Below, in pieces: positions 12,262 to 25,193 of a stretch of 64,000 bases of DNA (positions within the stretch are counted from its first letter, which is position 1; each line of letters opens with the position of its first letter). Position numbers and translations under genes: made by a program. The stretch spans positions 32,428,001 through 32,492,000 of the forward strand of contig CM059432.1 of the NCBI GenBank assembly GCA_030390025.1, given 5' to 3'. The notes below the pieces were generated by a model. It was not told where the DNA came from. It saw only the letters and a program-made list of their open reading frames with translations, and ran no database searches. Source of the DNA: Squalus acanthias (Eukaryota).

Positions 12262-15200
12262 GGCCGCGATTTTGCCAACACTCAGCGGACCCGATTGGTG
12301 GCTGGTCAGCTGTGAAATTTAAAATGATTGACAACAGGTTGGGAACCCGCTGTCAAAATGCGCACACCTCCATTTCCCGATGTCGGGTCTGCCAGCGCTG
12401 AGCAGTGGCGGGGGACCCAATTCAAATCATTAGTGGCTTATTTACAGCCACTGAACAATGCTTTTTTCCCCAGCTTTTTAACTTTCACAGGTCTCCCGCG
12501 GATTTCCCACTGTGCCTAGACCTCGTCAGTGAAGCTGAGGCGGGAGGTCAGTGACCATTGAATCAGCTGATCAACTCAAAGCTCCCAGCTGATTCAGATA
12601 GCTTCCCTTAAGCACTAGCATCTCTAAACTGCATTTCCACTACAGATTCAGGATGCTGCAAGTCTTTACACAAGTCTCCATGCAGTCTGACCTCATTACC
12701 CCTCCCACCATTGACAGATCGCTTCTGTCATCTCTACTTCACCTGTCATCTATTCCATCAGCATGGGTACACTTTATAATCTCTCACCTTGATCCTCAGA
12801 ATCCCACCACAATCAGCCTGAACACCTCAGCATCACCAAGCACACCAGCAGCACCAACACCACCACTAAACTTTTTTTTTATTCGTTTATGGGATCTGGG
12901 CGTCGCTGGCAATGCCAGCATTTATTGCCTATCCCTAGTTGCCCTTGAGGAGGTGGTGGCGAGCAGCCTTCTTGAACCGCTGTGGTCCGTGTGGTGAAGG
13001 TACTCCCACAGTGCTGTTAGGTACGGAGTGCCAGGATTTTGACCCAGCGACGATGAAGGATCGGCGATATAATTCTAAGTCAGGATGGTGTGTGACTTGG
13101 AGGGGAACTTGGAGGTGGTGGTGTTCCCATGCACCTGCTGCCCTTGTCCTTCTAGGTGGAAGAGGTCGCAGGTTTGGGAGGTGCTGCCGAAGAAGCCTTG
13201 ACAAGTTGCTGCAGTGCATCTTGTAGATGGTACACACTGCAGCCACGGTACGCCGATGGTGGAGGGAGCGAATGTTTAAGGTGGTGGATGGGGTGCCAAT
13301 CAAACGGACTGCTTTGTCCTGGATGGTGTCGAGCTTCTTGAGTGTTGTTGCAGCTGCACTCATCCAGGCAAGTGGAGAGTATTCCACCACACTCCTTACT
13401 TGTTCCTTGTAGATGGTGGAAAGGCTTTGGGGAGTCAGGAGGTGAGACACTCGCCACAGAATACCTAGCCTCTGACCTGCTCTTGTTGCCACAGTATTTA
13501 TGTGGCTGGTCCAGTTAAGTTTCTGGTTAATGGTGACTCACAGGATGTTGATAGTGGGGGATTCGGCGATGGTAATGCCATTGAATGTCAAGGGGAGATG
13601 GTTAGACTCTCACTTGTTGGAGATAGTCATTGCCTGGCACTTCTGTGGCGCGAATGTTACCTGCCACTTATCAACCCAAGCCTGAATGTCTTCCAGGTCT
13701 CGTTGCGTGCGGGCATGGACTGCTTCATTATCTGAGGAGTTGTGAATGGCACTGAACACTGTGCAGTCATCAGCGAACATCCCCATTTCTGACCTTATGT
13801 TGGAGGGAAGGTCATTGATGAAGCAGCTGAAGATGGTTGGGCCTAGGACACTGCCCTGAGGAACTCCTGCAGCGATGTCCTGGGGCTGTGATGATTGACC
13901 TTCAACCACCACAACCATCTTCCTTTGTGCTAGGTATGACTCCAGCCAGTGGAGAGTTTTCCCCCTGATTCCCATTGACTTCAGTTTTATTAGGGCTCCT
14001 TGATGCCACACTCAGTCAAATGCTGCCTTGATGTCAAGGGCAGTCACTCTCACCTCACCTCTGGAATTCAGCTCCTTTGTCCATGTTTGGACCAAGGTTT
14101 TAATGAGGTCGGGAGCCGAGTGGTCTTGGCGGAATCCAAACTGGGCATCAGTGAGCAGGCTATTGGTGAGTAAGTGCCACTTGATAGCACTGTCGCTGAA
14201 ACCTTCCATCACTTTGCTGATGATTGAGAGTAGACTGATGGGGCGGTAATTGGCTGGGTTGGATTTGTCCTACTTTTTGTGGACAGGACATACCTGGGCA
14301 GTTTTCCACATTGTCGGATAGATGCCAGTGTTGTAGCTGTACTGGAACAGCTTGGCTAGAGACATGGCTAGTTCTGGAGCACAAGTCTTCAGCACGATAA
14401 CCGGGATGTTGTCAGGGCCCATAGTCTTTGCTGTATCCAGTGCGCTGAGCTGTTTCTTGATATCACGTAGAGTGAATCGAATTGGCTGAAGAATGGCTTC
14501 TGTGATGGTGGGGACCTCAGAAGGAGGCCGATATGGATCATCCACTCGGCACTTCTGGCTGAAGATGATTAGTATGATTGGACTAGGATGAGGGCGAGTG
14601 TGAGGGGTGGCTACTGAGATGGGGAAGTGATAATGTAGATAGAGAGGGATAGGTGGAGGTGCAAGGTTAGTTGGTGTGCGTAAAGATGTACAGGAGTAGG
14701 GTTGGGAACGCAGAGTGATGGGGAGGTGATGAGTGGCACAGCAGGATGAGGTTGAGTGTGGCTTTGTCGTAACGTTTCGTGATCTACTGAGATCATTGAA
14801 AGGTTTGCGCCACTGCAGCCTGGTCCTCCTGACCACATCCCTGCTTGTGCTCTCCTGTGCAATGTGCAACCAGGCTGCGTTGGCCTCCTGGGGAGGTCTC
14901 TTCCGCCCACTGGAAGGGAAGAGAACCTCCCTGCGTGCTGTGACTCTCTCCATAAGCGTATGGAGGGCATCATGAGAGAGCCTGGGTGCAGCCCTGTGCC
15001 TTTGTGCAGTGCTTGTCAGTGTTTGCAGCACCTCAATGCTGTAGAACACTGACAGCACAAATGTCAAAGTAAATTTGAGCATGGTCTCTTTAAGGAAACC
15101 GACTGATGACGTGTCATAAATGACGTCATCAGACCCGCTTCCTTCAATTGGTCGGGAAACTCTCTGGACAATCAGGGGAAAGTCGTGGCGGAGGCCTGGA

Positions 15201-15277
15201 TGGAGCCAACAGCAGGGCCGAGACCCGCCACCAACATCGCCCGCCTCGGACCCGCCAAGGTAGGGAAAATCGCAGCC
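12262..15277 (-). mobile_element. Harbinger transposon remnant with a Myb/SANT exon, split by a LINE
   Basis: TIRs ggccgcgattttgcc / gggaaaatcgcagcc with CCT on both flanks. Myb segment APRLSHDALHTLM..RREVLFP..W..IA..RT..QWRKPFNDL at ~14780-15000(-). Confidence 0.75.
12871..14568 (-). mobile_element. Non-LTR LINE RT (CR1-Zenon/RTE-X-like; clade unresolved), 5'-truncated, with poly(A) tail
   Basis: GPDNIP, LDIKAAFD, GVPQGSVLGP, FADD and YKEQVRSVVEY motifs in ORFs 14270, 14012, 13610 and 12935. T-run at 12872. Confidence 0.9.
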
Positions 15278-15693
15278 CCTGTCTTTTTCCCATTGAATGG
15301 TATTGCTTCCTAAACTCATAATAAGCCAGCTTTCTAAGAATTCTAAACAACAAAGTCACGATACATCGTACTTAACAAGAAGGGCCAGAGTCAGCACGTA
15401 CCACATTGTTGGGCTTGAAGTGATACTAATGCAGAAATGCTTGATTATTTAGAAATGAGTTGCACATGTGATCTGACAACTAATTGCTTTGAAGAATGAA
15501 AAATTATAGTTTTAAAAATATTTTATTGCCATTGCAGCTGTGTGGTCAAGTTATTAGTACAAGATGTGTTCATTACCAATGTACTTTAAAAAGAATGAGA
15601 TAAAGAAAGAAAGAAAGAAAACAAGAGCGTGGGAGTTTTTCAACATGTTTTGGATGTTGCTGTGGAGTTGCTCAAATACCTAATATGTATTTT

Positions 15694-16427
15694 AAACAAT
15701 AACAACAACTTGTATTTATATAGCATCTTTAACGTAATAAAACGTCCCAAGGCACATCACAGGAGTGTTATAAAACAAAATTTGACACCGAGCCACATAA
15801 GGAGAAATTAGGGTAGAAGCTTGGTCAAAGAGATGGTGTTAAGGAGCATCGTAAAGAAGGAAAGAGAGGCAGAGAGGTGGAGAGGTTAAGGGAGGGATTT
15901 CCAGAGCTTAGGGCCTAAGCAGCTGAAGGCACGGCCACCAATGGTTGAACGATTAAAATCAGGGATGCTCAAGAGGGCCGAATTAGAGGAGCGCAGATAT
16001 CTCGGGGGGTTGTGGGACTGGAGGAGATTACAGAGATAGGGAGGGGTGAGGCCATGAAGGGATTTGAAAACAAGGATGAGAATTTTAAAATCGATGTGTT
16101 GCTTAACCGGGAGCCAGTGTAGGTCAACGAGCACAGCGGTGATGGGTGAACGGGACTTGGTGCGAGTTTTGACACAGACGGCCGAATTTTGGATGACCTC
16201 AAGTTTACGTAGGGTAGAACATGGGAGGCCAAACAGGAGTGTATTAGAATAGTCAAGTCTAGAGGTAACAAAGGCATGCTTGAGGGTTTCAGCGGCAGAT
16301 GAGCTGATGCAGGGGCATAGACAGGCGATGTTACGGAGGTGGAAATAGGCGGTCTTGGTTATGATACGGATATGTGATCGGAAGCTAATTTCAGGGTCAA
16401 ATATGACACCAAGGTTGCGAACAGTCT
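15694..16427 (-). mobile_element. L2 LINE 3' end
   Basis: LHWLPVKQHIDFKILILVFKSLHGLTPPYL..GGRAFS..PKLW with a (ttg)n tail. Confidence 0.9.
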
Positions 16428-16469
16428 TATACAGAATATGCTGGCATCTGCTGAAGCTTTACCCTAATA

Positions 16470-17575
16470 TGAGCCTTGGCTCAGTGATAGCAGTCTCACC
16501 TCTGAGTCAGACTCCAGAGACTTGAGTACATAATCTAGGCTGACACTCCAGTGCAGTACTGAGGGAGTGCTGCACTGTCTGAGGTGCCATCTTTCTGATG
16601 AGACATTAAAACGAGGCCCTGTCTGCCTTCCCAGGCAGACATAAAAGATCTCACACACTATTCAAAGAAGAGCAGGGGAGTTCTCCGAGTGTCATGTCCA
16701 ACATTTAGGCCTCAACCAACACCTAAAAGAGATGGGGGGCTAAATTCGATTGATTTGCACCTCCCATTAGTGCCCTAAGAGGGCGCTAACGGGGCGCAAA
16801 TCAACTAACGCCTGGGCGCGACGCCGCTAACGCCTCCAGCAAAATTCAGTGGGAGGTTATCGGCGGCGCTAACCGTTAGCACGCCACCAGCGATGACGTC
16901 ATCACCGTGCGCAGCGCCCCGCTCGCGCCCCGGCTGTAATATTGGGTGGCGCCCCCCGACTTACCGCCAGACATGGGTCAGGGGGGCCTACCTGCGGCCG
17001 GGGCAGCGCTAGTTAAAGGGGTGGTGGCGGGCGGCCATTTTTGTTTCTCTCTGTCTGCCAGCACCTGCCCCCGTTGTTGTCCCCGGCCCCCGTGAACCCC
17101 CCCGCAGGGTGCCGGCTGCTCTCCATGAGCCCGGCACTCCTCTTGAGTGCCGGGCTCATTTGCCGGCACTCCCAATCCCTGGTGGCCCAGCTGGGTGCCG
17201 GGACACGCTGCGCCAGGCCCCTCCCCTTTAATAAGGGGAGGAAGGCCTGCAGTACCGCAGCACATAGCGCCGCGATATTTGCTCGCAGCGTCCCAAAAGG
17301 GACGTGGGCCACTTCCAGTAGCGCCCCTCCTCCCTCTCAGGGCACTACCTGGGAAAATCGGCCGCCGGGGCGCTCATTTTTTGGGGCGCTAAAATTAGCG
17401 CCTCAGCGAAGGTAGTACCCCCTACCCCATGATCTTGTAATTTATTTAATTGCTGTTTGTAGGATCTTGCTGTGCACAAATTGGCTGCCGTGTTTCCTAC
17501 ATTACAACAGTGGCTTCACTTCAAAAGTACTTAATTGGCTGTAAAGCGCTTTAGACATCCTGAGGTTGTGAAATC
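16470..17575 (+). mobile_element. tRNA-derived DeuSINE (SacSINE1-like), split by a MITE
   Basis: A-box tggctcagtg, Deu-domain gatgagacattaaacgaggcc, and tail. Confidence 0.85.
16735..17428. mobile_element. GC-rich Harbinger MITE
   Basis: ATG TSD (16732-16734 / 17429-17431). Inverted relative of 54721-55457. Confidence 0.8.
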
Positions 17576-18603
17576 AATGAAAATAAAATTCAGAAGAGAT
17601 GTAAAACGGGCTTCTGATTCTCTATCACCTGTTTTACACTGTCACACAAAGTCAAAATTACTCCCGTAGAGTAAATTGGGTGGAAAGCCACCAGATTTTG
17701 TTTATATGGATTTTGGGTTCTACAACTCTCATCGCATTTCCTTTATTAATATATGCTGCAATTTCCTGACAAAAATAAATTAGTCAAGCACAATGTCCCC
17801 TTTATTCTTGAGGAGCCCTAGCCTTTCTAAGTGTTCACTAATTTCTTCCAATATAATAGACTTTGGAAGCTTACCTACAACTAAAGAAAGACTCATTTGC
17901 TTGTATTTTTCTTTATCTTTGAACAGGAGTTACATACTCAATAGATTTTTTAAATTATTTATGTTATAAACTAGGCAACTAAATATTTACCTGACCGTTC
18001 CTGCGATGGCTCGGTGGGTAAATGGTGTATTACCAAAGCATACAGATCAGGAAAGTCGCAAGTTCAGTTGCTTGTTTCTGCTACAATAGCAGGTCTTAGC
18101 GTGGGCAGTGTCGGGGACATTGGGGGAAAAATTTGTGTGTTTTGCGCCACACATTAGCATCACGAGATGGCGCTAAAACGCCCTTCAAAGCTCTACCGCC
18201 ACCTGATTCCGGTTCCAGCGCTGCACGCCATATAGTCTTGCTGGTAGTGCTGCTGCTAAACTCAATCACCGGGGACCTCGCCGTCACGGAGATCATGACG
18301 TCAGTGAGTGTGCAACGCTCACTTGACGCCCGATCTCCCAACTTCATTATTGCCATTGAACCGACCGGCTGGAGAAAACAACAACAGCTTGAGGTGGCGT
18401 GTAGTAGCAGGAACCCTGCTCCAGCGATGTCATTTAAAGGGATCATCATCAATCACTCGCACCTGACAGGGTTTTGAAGTTTGAGTGGCTGTGTGCTACT
18501 TCCTGCTACTGCAAAAGTTTTCTTTAGTCATTTCAAGGTTCTTTGGTACCAGGGATCATAATTATTTCTGAAAAGCTTCAACTTACAACACTTGCTAAAA
18601 GTC

Positions 18604-19762
18604 ATGGGGGCTGTAGTGGCAGTGGACCTCTCCCTCCAGGATCTATGGTGGAGGGAGCAGAGGCAGCGAGAAAGACGGGAACATGTGTGCAGAGGGAGGA
18701 GGGGGGCCATCAAGGCTCTCAACAGGAGGCCTTATGCTCCTAGGGTGTTCCGACATCACTTCTCCTTCCTTCAATTAAGCGAGGAGCAGTGTATTAAGAG
18801 GCTTCACTTCCCCAAGGAGGTGGTCACAGAACTCTGCCACCTCCTGAAACCAGACCGCCAGCCTCAGACCAGGGCGACCACGGCTCTCCCAGTGGCAGTC
18901 AAGGTCACCGTCGCCCTCAATTTCTTCGCAAGCGGATCCTTCCAGTCTGCAGCAGGAGACATAGCTAACATCTCACAGTTCGCCATCTATCGACTCACTG
19001 AGGCTGTCTACAGCAGGAGAAGGGACGACATTAGCTTCCCGATCACCAGAGAGAAGCAGGACAAGCGTGCTTGTGGCTTTGCCAGGATAGCGGGATTCCC
19101 GATGGTGCAGGGCACTATCAAATACACCCACGTGGCTTTTCAGGCACCGTATAATAATCCTGAGATCTTCCGTAACTGCAAAGGCTACCATTCACTTAAT
19201 GTGCAGTTGCTGTGCGACCACATACAGCAAATCCTCAACATCAATGCCCTCTATCTTGGCAGCAGCCACGATGCCTTCATCCTGCGCCAGACCGGTGTGC
19301 CAGCACTCATTCAGCCACCACATCAAGCTCGCTGCTCAGAGACAAGGGCTATCTGCTCTCCACCTGGCTCATGACTCCCCTCCGCAACCCCAACACTCGT
19401 GCCCAGCACTCATATAATGAGAGCCATGCTGCCACCAGGAACATCATCGAGCAGCCCATCGGCCTACTGAAGCAACGGTTCCGTTGCCTTGACCGCTCTG
19501 GAGGAGCTGTCCAGTACTCACCAGAGCAGGCATCCCATTTCGTGGTGGTCTGCTACATGCTCCACAACTTGGGTATCCTGAGGGCACAGCCCTTGCCAGC
19601 AGGGACCACCTCAGGAGGACGACGAGGCAGAAGAGGATGAGGAGGCGGAGGACAAGAAAGAAGAGGACGAGGAACAGGAGGGAGGGCGGAGACAGCAAAA
19701 CAATCGGCTTTCCGGATGGGCTGTCTGTGACCGACTCATCAGACTGCGATTCGAATGGATGA
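18604..19762 (+). pseudogene. HARBI1-like DDE transposase, frameshifted
   Basis: LNFFASGSFQ, GFPMVQGTIKYTHV (first catalytic Asp lost), [46 protein letters not shown]. Confidence 0.9.
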
Positions 19763-20109
19763 AACCCCAGATCCCCATTGCTCACCACATCCCATCATAC
19801 AATCCCTGTCTCACGCCATATCACAGCATCCTCCTGGGCGCAAAGCTGAAATGAGAGAGACCACAAAATATTTCAAACACAATGAATAAATTTATTTATA
19901 AACATATCAAACATATTACATGAATTCTAATAACTAATGGCCCTCGTGCCTGCCTTAGTTGAATAGTTGTCATTGTGTGCAAGGTGTGAGACGTGGGCGT
20001 GAGTGTTGCTAGGTAGAGATTGTTGGTGGGTGAGTGCTGGGGGTGTGGTGCATTGAGCTGTGTGTGAAGCTTATGGTACAGATGGTGGTATGTAGCATTT
20101 GTTGAAGCC

Positions 20110-20340
20110 TTCACTCACCCGGACCACCCGTGTGAGCTCGTTAAATTTCCTCCTGCACTGGGTGTGGGAGCTGGGGAGCACAGTGCTGCCCGTGATGTGG
20201 TGTGCCACCTCCCTCCACATAGTCTGGCAGACTTGTGGTGAGGGCCTCCTGCCAGTTGGTACAGGACCACCCGCCTTCTCTCCACCGTTAAAACCAATGC
20301 CTCCAAAGACCCTCGGAAAACCTCCGGGCTCTCTCCCTGG
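20110..20340 (-). pseudogene. Harbinger Myb/SANT remnant
   Basis: LEALVLTVERRRVVLY, then TQCRRKFNELTRV in a shifted frame. Confidence 0.7.
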
Positions 20341-20566
20341 GGCGGCAATCTGCCATCAGGGTTTGTAAATAACTGCTCCTTCTCCTTGTTGAGGCAGCTG
20401 CACACCCAACAATGCTGAGAATGAGCTGCTACAGCATCAATGAACCTTCCCTTTAAGTAGTGAAAAAGCCTGTAGCAATTCATTACTTGCGTTTAGACAG
20501 CTTTTCAGTGTAACGCCAATGAGCTTGAGTTTTTAGACGAGAATCATGACTGCAATCATTTTAATG

Positions 20567-21026
20567 AAGAAAGAAAGACTTGCATTTATATAGCGCCTTT
20601 CACGACCACCGGACGTCTCAAAGCACGTTACAGCCAATGAAGTACTTTTTTGAAGTGTAGTCACTGTTGTAATGTAGGAAATGCAGCAGCCAATTTGCGC
20701 ACAGCAAGCTCCCACAAACAGCACTGTGATAATGACCAGATAATCTGTTTTTGAGGGATAAATATTGGCCAGGACACCAGGGATAACTCCCCTGCTCTTC
20801 TTCGAAATAGTGCCATGGGATCTTTTACGTCCACCTGAAAAAGCAGACGGGGCCTTGGTTTAACGTCTCATCTGAAAGACGGCACCTCCGACAGGGCAGC
20901 GCTCCCTCAGCACTGCACTGGAGTGTCAGCCTAGATTTTTGTGCTCAAGTCCCTGAAGTGAGACTTGAACCACACAACCTTCTGACTCAGAGGCGAAAGT
21001 GCTACCAACTGAGCCACAGTTGACAC
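20567..21026 (-). mobile_element. Full-length DeuSINE (SacSINE1-like)
   Basis: tRNA-like head (TGGCTCAGTTGG, GGTTCAAGT), Deu domain and (tttc)n tail. Confidence 0.92.
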
Positions 21027-21153
21027 CTGAGTGAGGATGAATTTTGCATGCAGTCTTGACAATTTTCAGGTGGTGCTACTTAACCATTTTTAGTCTAAAC
21101 ACTGCCCATTTCTTGGCTATAACGAATTTCTAGCCCATTATATTTGGTTCTAA

Positions 21154-21894
21154 GGGGGAAAAATTAGGTCGCGCCCCGTTTGGGGCGCAAATATCGTCTG
21201 GACGCAAATATTAGCGCCTGGCGCTAATTATCGCCACTGACTGGAAACTTCACTTTTACCGCCCCGGGAGGTGAGTGGAGCGCTAAATCAGGCGCTGCAC
21301 ACCTGTCTTAAGGCGCAAAGGCCGAGCAGTGAGGCGCTAACTCAGCGCGATAGCGCAGCGCAGGTGCTGCCAGTTAGCGAGGGAACACAGACACACTGGC
21401 GCCGGCCAGTTCTTAAAGCGGGGGGGGCCAACTGTTAGGATCAGTAGGCAAAACTACCTCACAAAGCGTTGACTCAATGCAGAAGTCTCTCTTTCTCTCT
21501 CTCCGAATCTCTCTCTCTCTCTCAGAACGAGTGGTGCAAAAATGTCAACCACAGAAAAAGACAGGAAGAGGCCCCCTTTAAATAGGGCCCCCCCCCAGCC
21601 CCACAGCGATTGATAGCGTTCCAGTCTTCCGGTCGTTGGATGCGCCAGGCGGTAAGGTAGGGGGCGCCACTCAATTTCCACTCCGGGGCGCCACAAGGGC
21701 GTTGCACCATGGAATGAAGTCACAATCTGCGCGCGCAGGTGGTCACAGCGGTAAAGTTTAGCGCCGCCGCACAATCTCTAGTTAAGTTCCCGAGCGGCGC
21801 AAACATCGCTGCGCCCGGGCGTTAGCGGCTTTGCGCCCCATTAGCGCCCTCTTAAGGCGCTAACAGGAGGCGCAACCAACTGAATTTTTACCCC
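21154..21894 (+). mobile_element. Harbinger MITE
   Basis: TIRs gggggaaaaatt / aatttttacccc with TAA TSD. Left ~280 bp match the element at 650. Confidence 0.9.
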
Positions 21895-21991
21895 TAAGTA
21901 TCAAGTTAAAGAGGATGAAAAAAGACAGCAGGGGATTGCTAACCCATGCCCCCTGCTGGAAAGAGTCACTATGCAACACTTTTGCCTTTGA

Positions 21992-23180
21992 AAGTAAGAA
22001 AGAAGAACTTGCATTTATATAGCGCCTTTCACAACCTCAGGACGTCCCAAAGCGATTTACAGCCAATGAATTGTAGTCACTGTTAAAATGTAGGAAATGT
22101 AGCAGCCAATTTGCACACAGCAAAGTCCCATAATCAGCAATGAGATAAGGAACAGATAATCTTTTAGTGATGTAGGTTGAGGGATAATTATTGTCCAGGA
22201 TACTAGGGAGAACTTCCCTACTCTTCTTCAAATAGTGCCATGGTATAATTTTGTAAGCCTCGCTGTCCATTTTGACCCTCGAATTACAAGGGAAATAATT
22301 AATGAATCACCCAAAAGCTCTTGTAAAATAAGATTGTTTATTAAAGAAAAAGGAGAAAAGAAAACAAAAACGCTTATAGATTTAAATGGCAATACAATGC
22401 CCTTCTTAGTCTACCTGGCAATAGAATGCCTTTCTTACTCTACTCTTGGCAATAAAGATGCTCTAGCAATACAATGCCCAAATATGTTCGAAGTAAATGG
22501 TCACACAATCACCCCGAAGTGGCCAGCTCCTGTTGATTGCAGCTCTCTCCTTCCGACGATCGGTCGGGTTCCCTTCTTGTTGACTGCAGCTCTCCTTCCG
22601 ACCCCTTGACTGCAGTAACGAAGTTACCTTAACAGCTTCTTTTATATCTTTCTCCTTTCCATGGTGGACAGGATGTTACATCACCAAGGCCTCATTGACC
22701 TATCGATGATAGCCTTAGATCACGATAACCAATAATATATTGCTATCGCAATATATTGCGGTTTTTGTTTAAAACTTAAAGTTAAAGCCCTCATGTGAAG
22801 ACCACAGTAACAGTTGATTGGCTGGATAGCTCATGCAAATCTCAACCATCTAGCTTGCAAACTTTCTGATGAGGATTGTTTATTGAAGAGGCCCATTAAG
22901 TTCTGTGTTATCTCATCAAGGCCTAATTCCTCATTGTTTACACAGACGTCTCCTTTAGCTACTCAATGTTCCTTCTTGATAGCACCGTCTGGTTTCACTG
23001 TTTTGCCACAGCTCAGCAGGTTTTAATGTCCAGCTTGAAAATTGTGTCAAAAGAGGGCTTCTCTTCCTTACAATTTACATCCCTCAATACTAGCCTGGAT
23101 TATGTGCTCTTGTCTCTGGAGTGGAGCTGGAACCTTCTGACTCAGAAGTGAAATTGCTACCAATGAGCAAAGGCTGAGAC
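21992..23180 (-). mobile_element. DeuSINE split by a solo LTR
   Basis: Tail half at 21992-22251, head half at 23073-23180. Confidence 0.75.
22252..23072 (-). mobile_element. Solo LTR (821 bp)
   Basis: TGTAAG...CTTACA termini and 4-bp TSD ATTT (22248-22251 / 23073-23076). Minus-strand TATA-like motif near 22640 and AATAAA near 22337. Confidence 0.75.
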
Positions 23181-23363
23181 CTGACTCAGATGATTTGGGT
23201 TTCAAGGCCCACATCAGGACATGACTGCATAAACAGCAGAGTACTGCATTGTCAGAGATTGTGACCTTTGGATGAGATGTTAAACTGAGGTTCCCTCTGT
23301 CTGATCAGATAATAATGAGAAGTCACACAACACCAGGTTATAGTCCAACAGATTTATTTAAAA

Positions 23364-23401
23364 TTACAAGCTTTCGGAGCTGTCGCCCCTTCGTCAGGTA
23401 A
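23364..23401 (-). ncRNA. Minimal type I hammerhead ribozyme (Penelope pLTR)
   Basis: UUAC-CUGACGA-A-GGGGC-GACA-GCUCC-GAAAGCUU-GUAA on the minus strand. Confidence 0.85.
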
Positions 23402-23626
23402 AGGTGCAATGAAGGAATCTACAATATTACACAGTATATAAACACAGAAACTGCAGAGATACAATCTTTCAGGGAAGCATTACTTCAAAGACACACCAGA
23501 GCACAGCCAAGACAATGAGATGGATCACAGGGGGTCCAACGTGTCAAATCCTGCTGTCTGCAGTTGAGCTTTTAACTTTTTTTTTGTGTTTTTTTAAAAA
23601 CTGGAAAGACAGACAACGATGTCGAG

Positions 23627-25193
23627 TCACGTTCTGTAGCGTGACATGAACCTGATATCCCTATTGAGGCCGTCCTCATGGGTGCGGAACTTGGCTATCA
23701 GTTTCTGCTCGATGATTTTGCGTTGTCGTGTGTCTCGAAGGCCGCCTTGGAGAACGCTAACCTGCAGATCCGAGGCTGAATGTCCTTGACTGCTGAAGTG
23801 TTCCCTGACTGGGAGGTAACAATCCTGCCTGGCGATTGTTGCGCGGTGTCCGTTCATACGTTGTCTCAGTGTCTGCATGGTCTCGCCGATGTACCATGCT
23901 CTGGGGCATCCTTTCCTGCAACGTATCAGGTAGACAACGTTGGCCGAGTCACATGAGTATGTACCATGTACCTGGTGGGTAGTGTCCTCACGTGTGATGA
24001 CGGTATCTGTGTTGATGATCTGGCATGTCTTGCAGAGGTTGCCGTGGCAGGGTTGTGTGGTGTCGTGGTCGCTGTTCTCCTGACAGCTGGGTAATTTGCT
24101 GCGAACGATGGTACTTTTGAGGTTAGGCGGCTGCTTGAAGGTGAGTAGTGGAGGAGTGGGGATGGCCTTAGCATGGTGTTCGTCGTCATCGATGACATGT
24201 TGAAGGCTGCGAAGAACATGGCGTAGTTCCTCCGCTCCGGGGAAGTACTGGACGACGTAGGGTACTCTGTTGGTTGTGTCCCGTGTTCGCCTTCTGAGGA
24301 GGTCTATGCGGTTTTTCGCTGTGGCCCGTCGGAACTGTTGATCGACGAGTCGAGCATCATATCCCGTTCTTACGAGGGCGTCTTTCAGTGTCCGTAGGTG
24401 TCCATCGCGTTCCTCCTCATCTGAGCAGATCCTGTGTATTGGCAGGGCTTGTCCATAGGGGATGGCTTCTTTAACGTGGTTAGGGTGGAAGCTGGAGAAG
24501 TGGAGCATCGTGAGGTTGTCCGTGGGCTTGCGGTAGAGTGAAGTGCTGAGGCGTCCGTTTTTGATGGAGATTCGTGTGTCCACGAATGAAACCGATTCTG
24601 AGGAGTAGTCCATGGTGAGTTTGATGGTGGGATGGAACCTGTTGATGTTCTCGTGTAGTCCTTTCAGTGATCCTTCGCCGTGGGTCCAAAGGAAGAAAAT
24701 GTCGTCGATGTATCTGGTGTACAGCGTTGGTTGGAGGTCCTGTGCAGCGAAGAAGTCTTGCTCGAACTTGTGCATGAAGATGTTGGCGTATTGGGGTGCG
24801 AATTTGGTCCCCATGGCTGTTCCGTGTGTTTGGGTAAAAAACTGGTTGTCGAAGGTGAAGACATTGTGGTCAAGGATGAAGCGGATGAGTTGTAGGATGG
24901 CGTCTGGAGATTGGCTGTTGTTGGTGTTGAGTACTGAGGCTGTCGCAGCGATGCCGTCATCGTGGGGGATATTGGTGTAGAGTGCCGATACGTCCATCGT
25001 GGCGAGGAGTGTTCCTGGTTCAACTGGTCCATGGGTGCTGAGTTTCTGCAAGAAGTCTGTAGTGTCGCGACAGAAGCTGGGGGTTCCCTGTACGATGGGT
25101 TTCAGGATGCCCTCGACGTACCCAGAGAGGTTCTCACACAGGGTTCCGTTGCCTGATATGATAGGACGTCCGGGTGTGTTGGCTTTGTGTATC
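23627..25193 (-). CDS. Penelope reverse transcriptase plus GIY-YIG endonuclease (5'-truncated, frame open)
   Basis: IHK..PGRPII, MDVSALYTNI, GTAMG, RYIDD, YRKPT, Cys-rich linker PCHGNLCKTC, VVYLIRC..YIGET, GLN. Confidence 0.93.

Larger units (their letters stand above)
18122..21136 (+). mobile_element. Full-length decayed PIF/Harbinger transposon (transposase and convergent Myb/SANT gene)
   Basis: TIRs gggggaaaaattt / aatttctagccc with 3-bp TSD ATT (18119-18121 / 21137-21139). Confidence 0.88.

Noticed and set aside
14270..15319. 349-aa ORF that looks like a Myb-RT fusion
   Set aside because: Chance in-frame run through a Harbinger terminus, Myb exon, intron and the truncated 5' end of an inserted LINE.
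16978..17415. Overlapping GC-rich ORFs here and at 38617-38999 and 54755-55386
   Set aside because: Stop-poor MITE sequence open in many frames, with no protein motifs.
18604..19762. Domesticated HARBI1 host gene
   Set aside because: Flanked by TIRs and a TSD, frameshifted and lacking the first catalytic Asp, so it is a dead transposon.
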